Positions 35,796-37,839 of a stretch of 37,839 bases of DNA are shown piece after piece (the first letter of the stretch is position 1; every line of letters begins with the position of its first letter). The notes below the pieces were generated by a model that was given only the letters and a program-made list of their open reading frames with translations, made no database searches and was not told the DNA's origin. Both the position numbers and the translations under genes were made by a program. Source of the DNA: an uncultured virus (IMG/VR IMGVR_UViG_3300025327_000016) (lineage: Duplodnaviria; Heunggongvirae; Uroviricota; Caudoviricetes); the IMG/VR virus record IMGVR_UViG_3300025327_000016, positions 62,001 through 99,839 of that record. One strand, given 5' to 3'.

Positions 35796-37839
35796 ATGAC
35801 AGATCACTTACATATAACTACAGATAGCAATGACCAGATCTCTGGTGTTAAAACCTTTTCTACTGCTCCTATAGTCAGTGGTAGTACTCCTTCTATTACA
35901 TTCCTAGATACATTACTTGATCCTACTATGCTAACGCTACGTAAGATTAGTGGTGACATAGAACTATACGATGAATTAAGTAGTTCTGTTCTAATTAAAT
36001 TACTGTCTACGGTAGATGCAAGTGATATAGGATTATCCAATACCACTGGATCTAACAATACATACTCTCTAGCAGATCATAAACACCAAGGTATACACTC
36101 TTTAATGCTTGGCACTCCTATGTTTGGTGATATTACCATTAAAGTAGCTGGTGCATCTATACTTACACAAGCAGCACAAAATATACTAGTATCCCTAGGA
36201 TACGGAGTAGGTTCTGCCCTACCTGTCACTACAGGTAGTTCTGCTGGTTCTAGTACTTATGTTAGTAGAGAAGATCATATACATCAAGGTGTGCGCTCGA
36301 TTGAAGTAATAGGTCAACCAGAATTGGTTGGCGATGCAACTTTATCAGAAGGTACGGATATTGTCCTCACGCAAGTAGGCAATACTATTACTATAGATTC
36401 TACTGGAGTACCTGGAAGCTTACTTGCTCTAGGTATACTACCTGTTGCCAATGGCGGTACAGGATTAGGCAATTACACCGTAGGTGATTTAATAGTTGCT
36501 ACAGCCTCTAATGTGCTAGGTAGGTTGGCTGATGCTGCTCAAGGCAACCTCTTACTTTCTGGTGGTATAGGAGCAATACCTTCTTATGGCAAAGCAAATC
36601 TTTCCAATCATACTATAGGAACACTACCTCTTGGAGCTATTACACCTGGCATTGTTGGTCAAGCATTGCTTACATTAACAGGAGGAATCGTAGGTTGGGG
36701 TATGTTAGATTTGGCTAATACAGCAGGTACACTTGCTTTAGCAAACTTACAAGATGACCCTGTTGCTGATAAGGTATTATTGGCTGGTGGTCCAGGTGCT
36801 GATCCTCACTGGGGTACTTTAGACATTACATCCCTTACAGGAACAATTTCACTAGCTCAGATACCTGATGGCTCTATAGCTGGTCAGTGTTTAATAGGTC
36901 AAGGTGTAGGTGCAGATCCTATATGGGGTCCAGTAGGTATTAATACAGGTTTGGGTGGTTTATTAACCATCGCTAAAGGTGGAACATTCATTAATAATCT
37001 AACTGGATATATTAATGGTAGATGGGCATACTCTAGTGGTGCTGTAATTGGCCAAGCAGGTTGGTCTGATGGTAATGGAGCTACATTAATTGGTGCTACA
37101 GGTAGTTTACCTCAAGGTAGGGTACTAACAGCTGGCACAGGTATTGCCATTACAAATGCAGCCAATAGTATAACGATAGCAAGAAGCGGAGGATCTGGAG
37201 ATCCAGATAACAGCAATACATCATGTTACTTGGTTTACGACGCACCCAATATAGCATTAAAACCTGACGAAGGAAAGGGATCGTTTTTAGACATAGGTGG
37301 TATACCTAGATATATACCTTATAGAGGATTACCCAATGTATTAACTCCATCTGGACTATTACCTGAAACTACTTATTTTATATATGCATACTGGACAGGT
37401 AGTGCAGTCGCTCTAGAGGCTTCCACAACAGGAGCCTCAACAGTAGGTGGTGTAGTTAATAAGACAGGAGATAATACGCGTAGATTAGTTGGTATGGCTA
37501 GAACAACCAGCACAACTACATGGGTTGATGTTGACCAGGGTGAACCAAGAGGATATGTGCTCTCTTATTTCAATCGACGTAAGAAGATAGCGCGTGTTGT
37601 CTTAGGCGATTTAGGTAATGTTTCAACTACATCACCTTTTGGTGGGACGAAGTGGTTTAGATTAAAGGAAGATGTTTTACTTACTGCATTGCCTAGATTT
37701 TTAAGTTGGGGTTATTATTTAAGTGATCTAAGTAACGGGAATCGCATGTCTGAACCTGTTGTGTATAAACTACACACAGGTATCTATGGTGTTGGGACAG
37801 CTATTATGGGTATAGAACTTGGTTTTGCAAATTCAACAG
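35796..37839 (+). CDS. tail fibre protein, paralog of 33387..35717 (3' end beyond the window)
   Basis: Not in the ORF track because no stop is reached. GGAG Shine-Dalgarno, then MTDHLHITTDSNDQISGVKTF...LRKISGDIEL, matching NNNDILTGLKTF...VRKLSGDIEI. Near the end, KTGDNTRRLVGMART matches KLGDNTRRFVGIART in the same frame. Confidence 0.8.
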   Translation, partial: MTDHLHITTDSNDQISGVKTFSTAPIVSGSTPSITFLDTLLDPTMLTLRKISGDIELYDELSSSVLIKLLSTVDASDIGLSNTTGSNNTYSLADHKHQGIHSLMLGTPMFGDITIKVAGASILTQAAQNILVSLGYGVGSALPVTTGSSAGSSTYVSREDHIHQGVRSIEVIGQPELVGDATLSEGTDIVLTQVGNTITIDSTGVPGSLLALGILPVANGGTGLGNYTVGDLIVATASNVLGRLADAAQGNLLLSGGIGAIPSYGKANLSNHTIGTLPLGAITPGIVGQALLTLTGGIVGWGMLDLANTAGTLALANLQDDPVADKVLLAGGPGADPHWGTLDITSLTGTISLAQIPDGSIAGQCLIGQGVGADPIWGPVGINTGLGGLLTIAKGGTFINNLTGYINGRWAYSSGAVIGQAGWSDGNGATLIGATGSLPQGRVLTAGTGIAITNAANSITIARSGGSGDPDNSNTSCYLVYDAPNIALKPDEGKGSFLDIGGIPRYIPYRGLPNVLTPSGLLPETTYFIYAYWTGSAVALEASTTGASTVGGVVNKTGDNTRRLVGMARTTSTTTWVDVDQGEPRGYVLSYFNRRKKIARVVLGDLGNVSTTSPFGGTKWFRLKEDVLLTALPRFLSWGYYLSDLSNGNRMSEPVVYKLHTGIYGVGTAIMGIELGFANST

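Noticed and set aside
723..36058. Short minus-strand ORFs and the nested 6585..6779 ORF in the track
   Set aside because: All overlap longer, motif-bearing + strand genes and show no recognisable motifs; they are treated as shadow ORFs.
33387..37839. Diversity-generating retroelement or invertible fibre switch
   Set aside because: No reverse transcriptase, invertase, near-identical template/variable repeat pair or flanking inverted repeats are visible in this window.

Overview
A densely packed, AT-rich segment of a large tailed dsDNA phage genome, with every credible gene on the + strand. Order: (1) ~1-12.7 kb virion/tail-associated genes, including a family of four paralogous large proteins with discoidin-like cores; one of the four is split into two ORFs at 7237/7240. 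(2) A holin-like gene and an Amidase_2 endolysin. (3) A ~6.6 kb cassette behind its own sigma70/sigmaA-type promoter, encoding six soluble glycosyltransferases and a polysaccharide pyruvyltransferase. (4) A trypsin-like protease, a second holin, and a membrane-anchored protein ending in an outer-membrane-type beta-signal. (5) A replication/recombination block: AEP primase, DnaB-like helicase, a catalytically degenerate and an intact Cas4/RecB-like nuclease, RuvC, a phage sigma factor and an MmcB-like nuclease. (6) A second structural block with two tandem paralogous tail fibres; the last runs off the window and is absent from the ORF track. Five near-consensus host-type promoters mark module boundaries, most with no or very short leaders. 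No tRNA, rRNA, CRISPR array or IS was seen. All product calls come from motif recognition by eye, not database searches.
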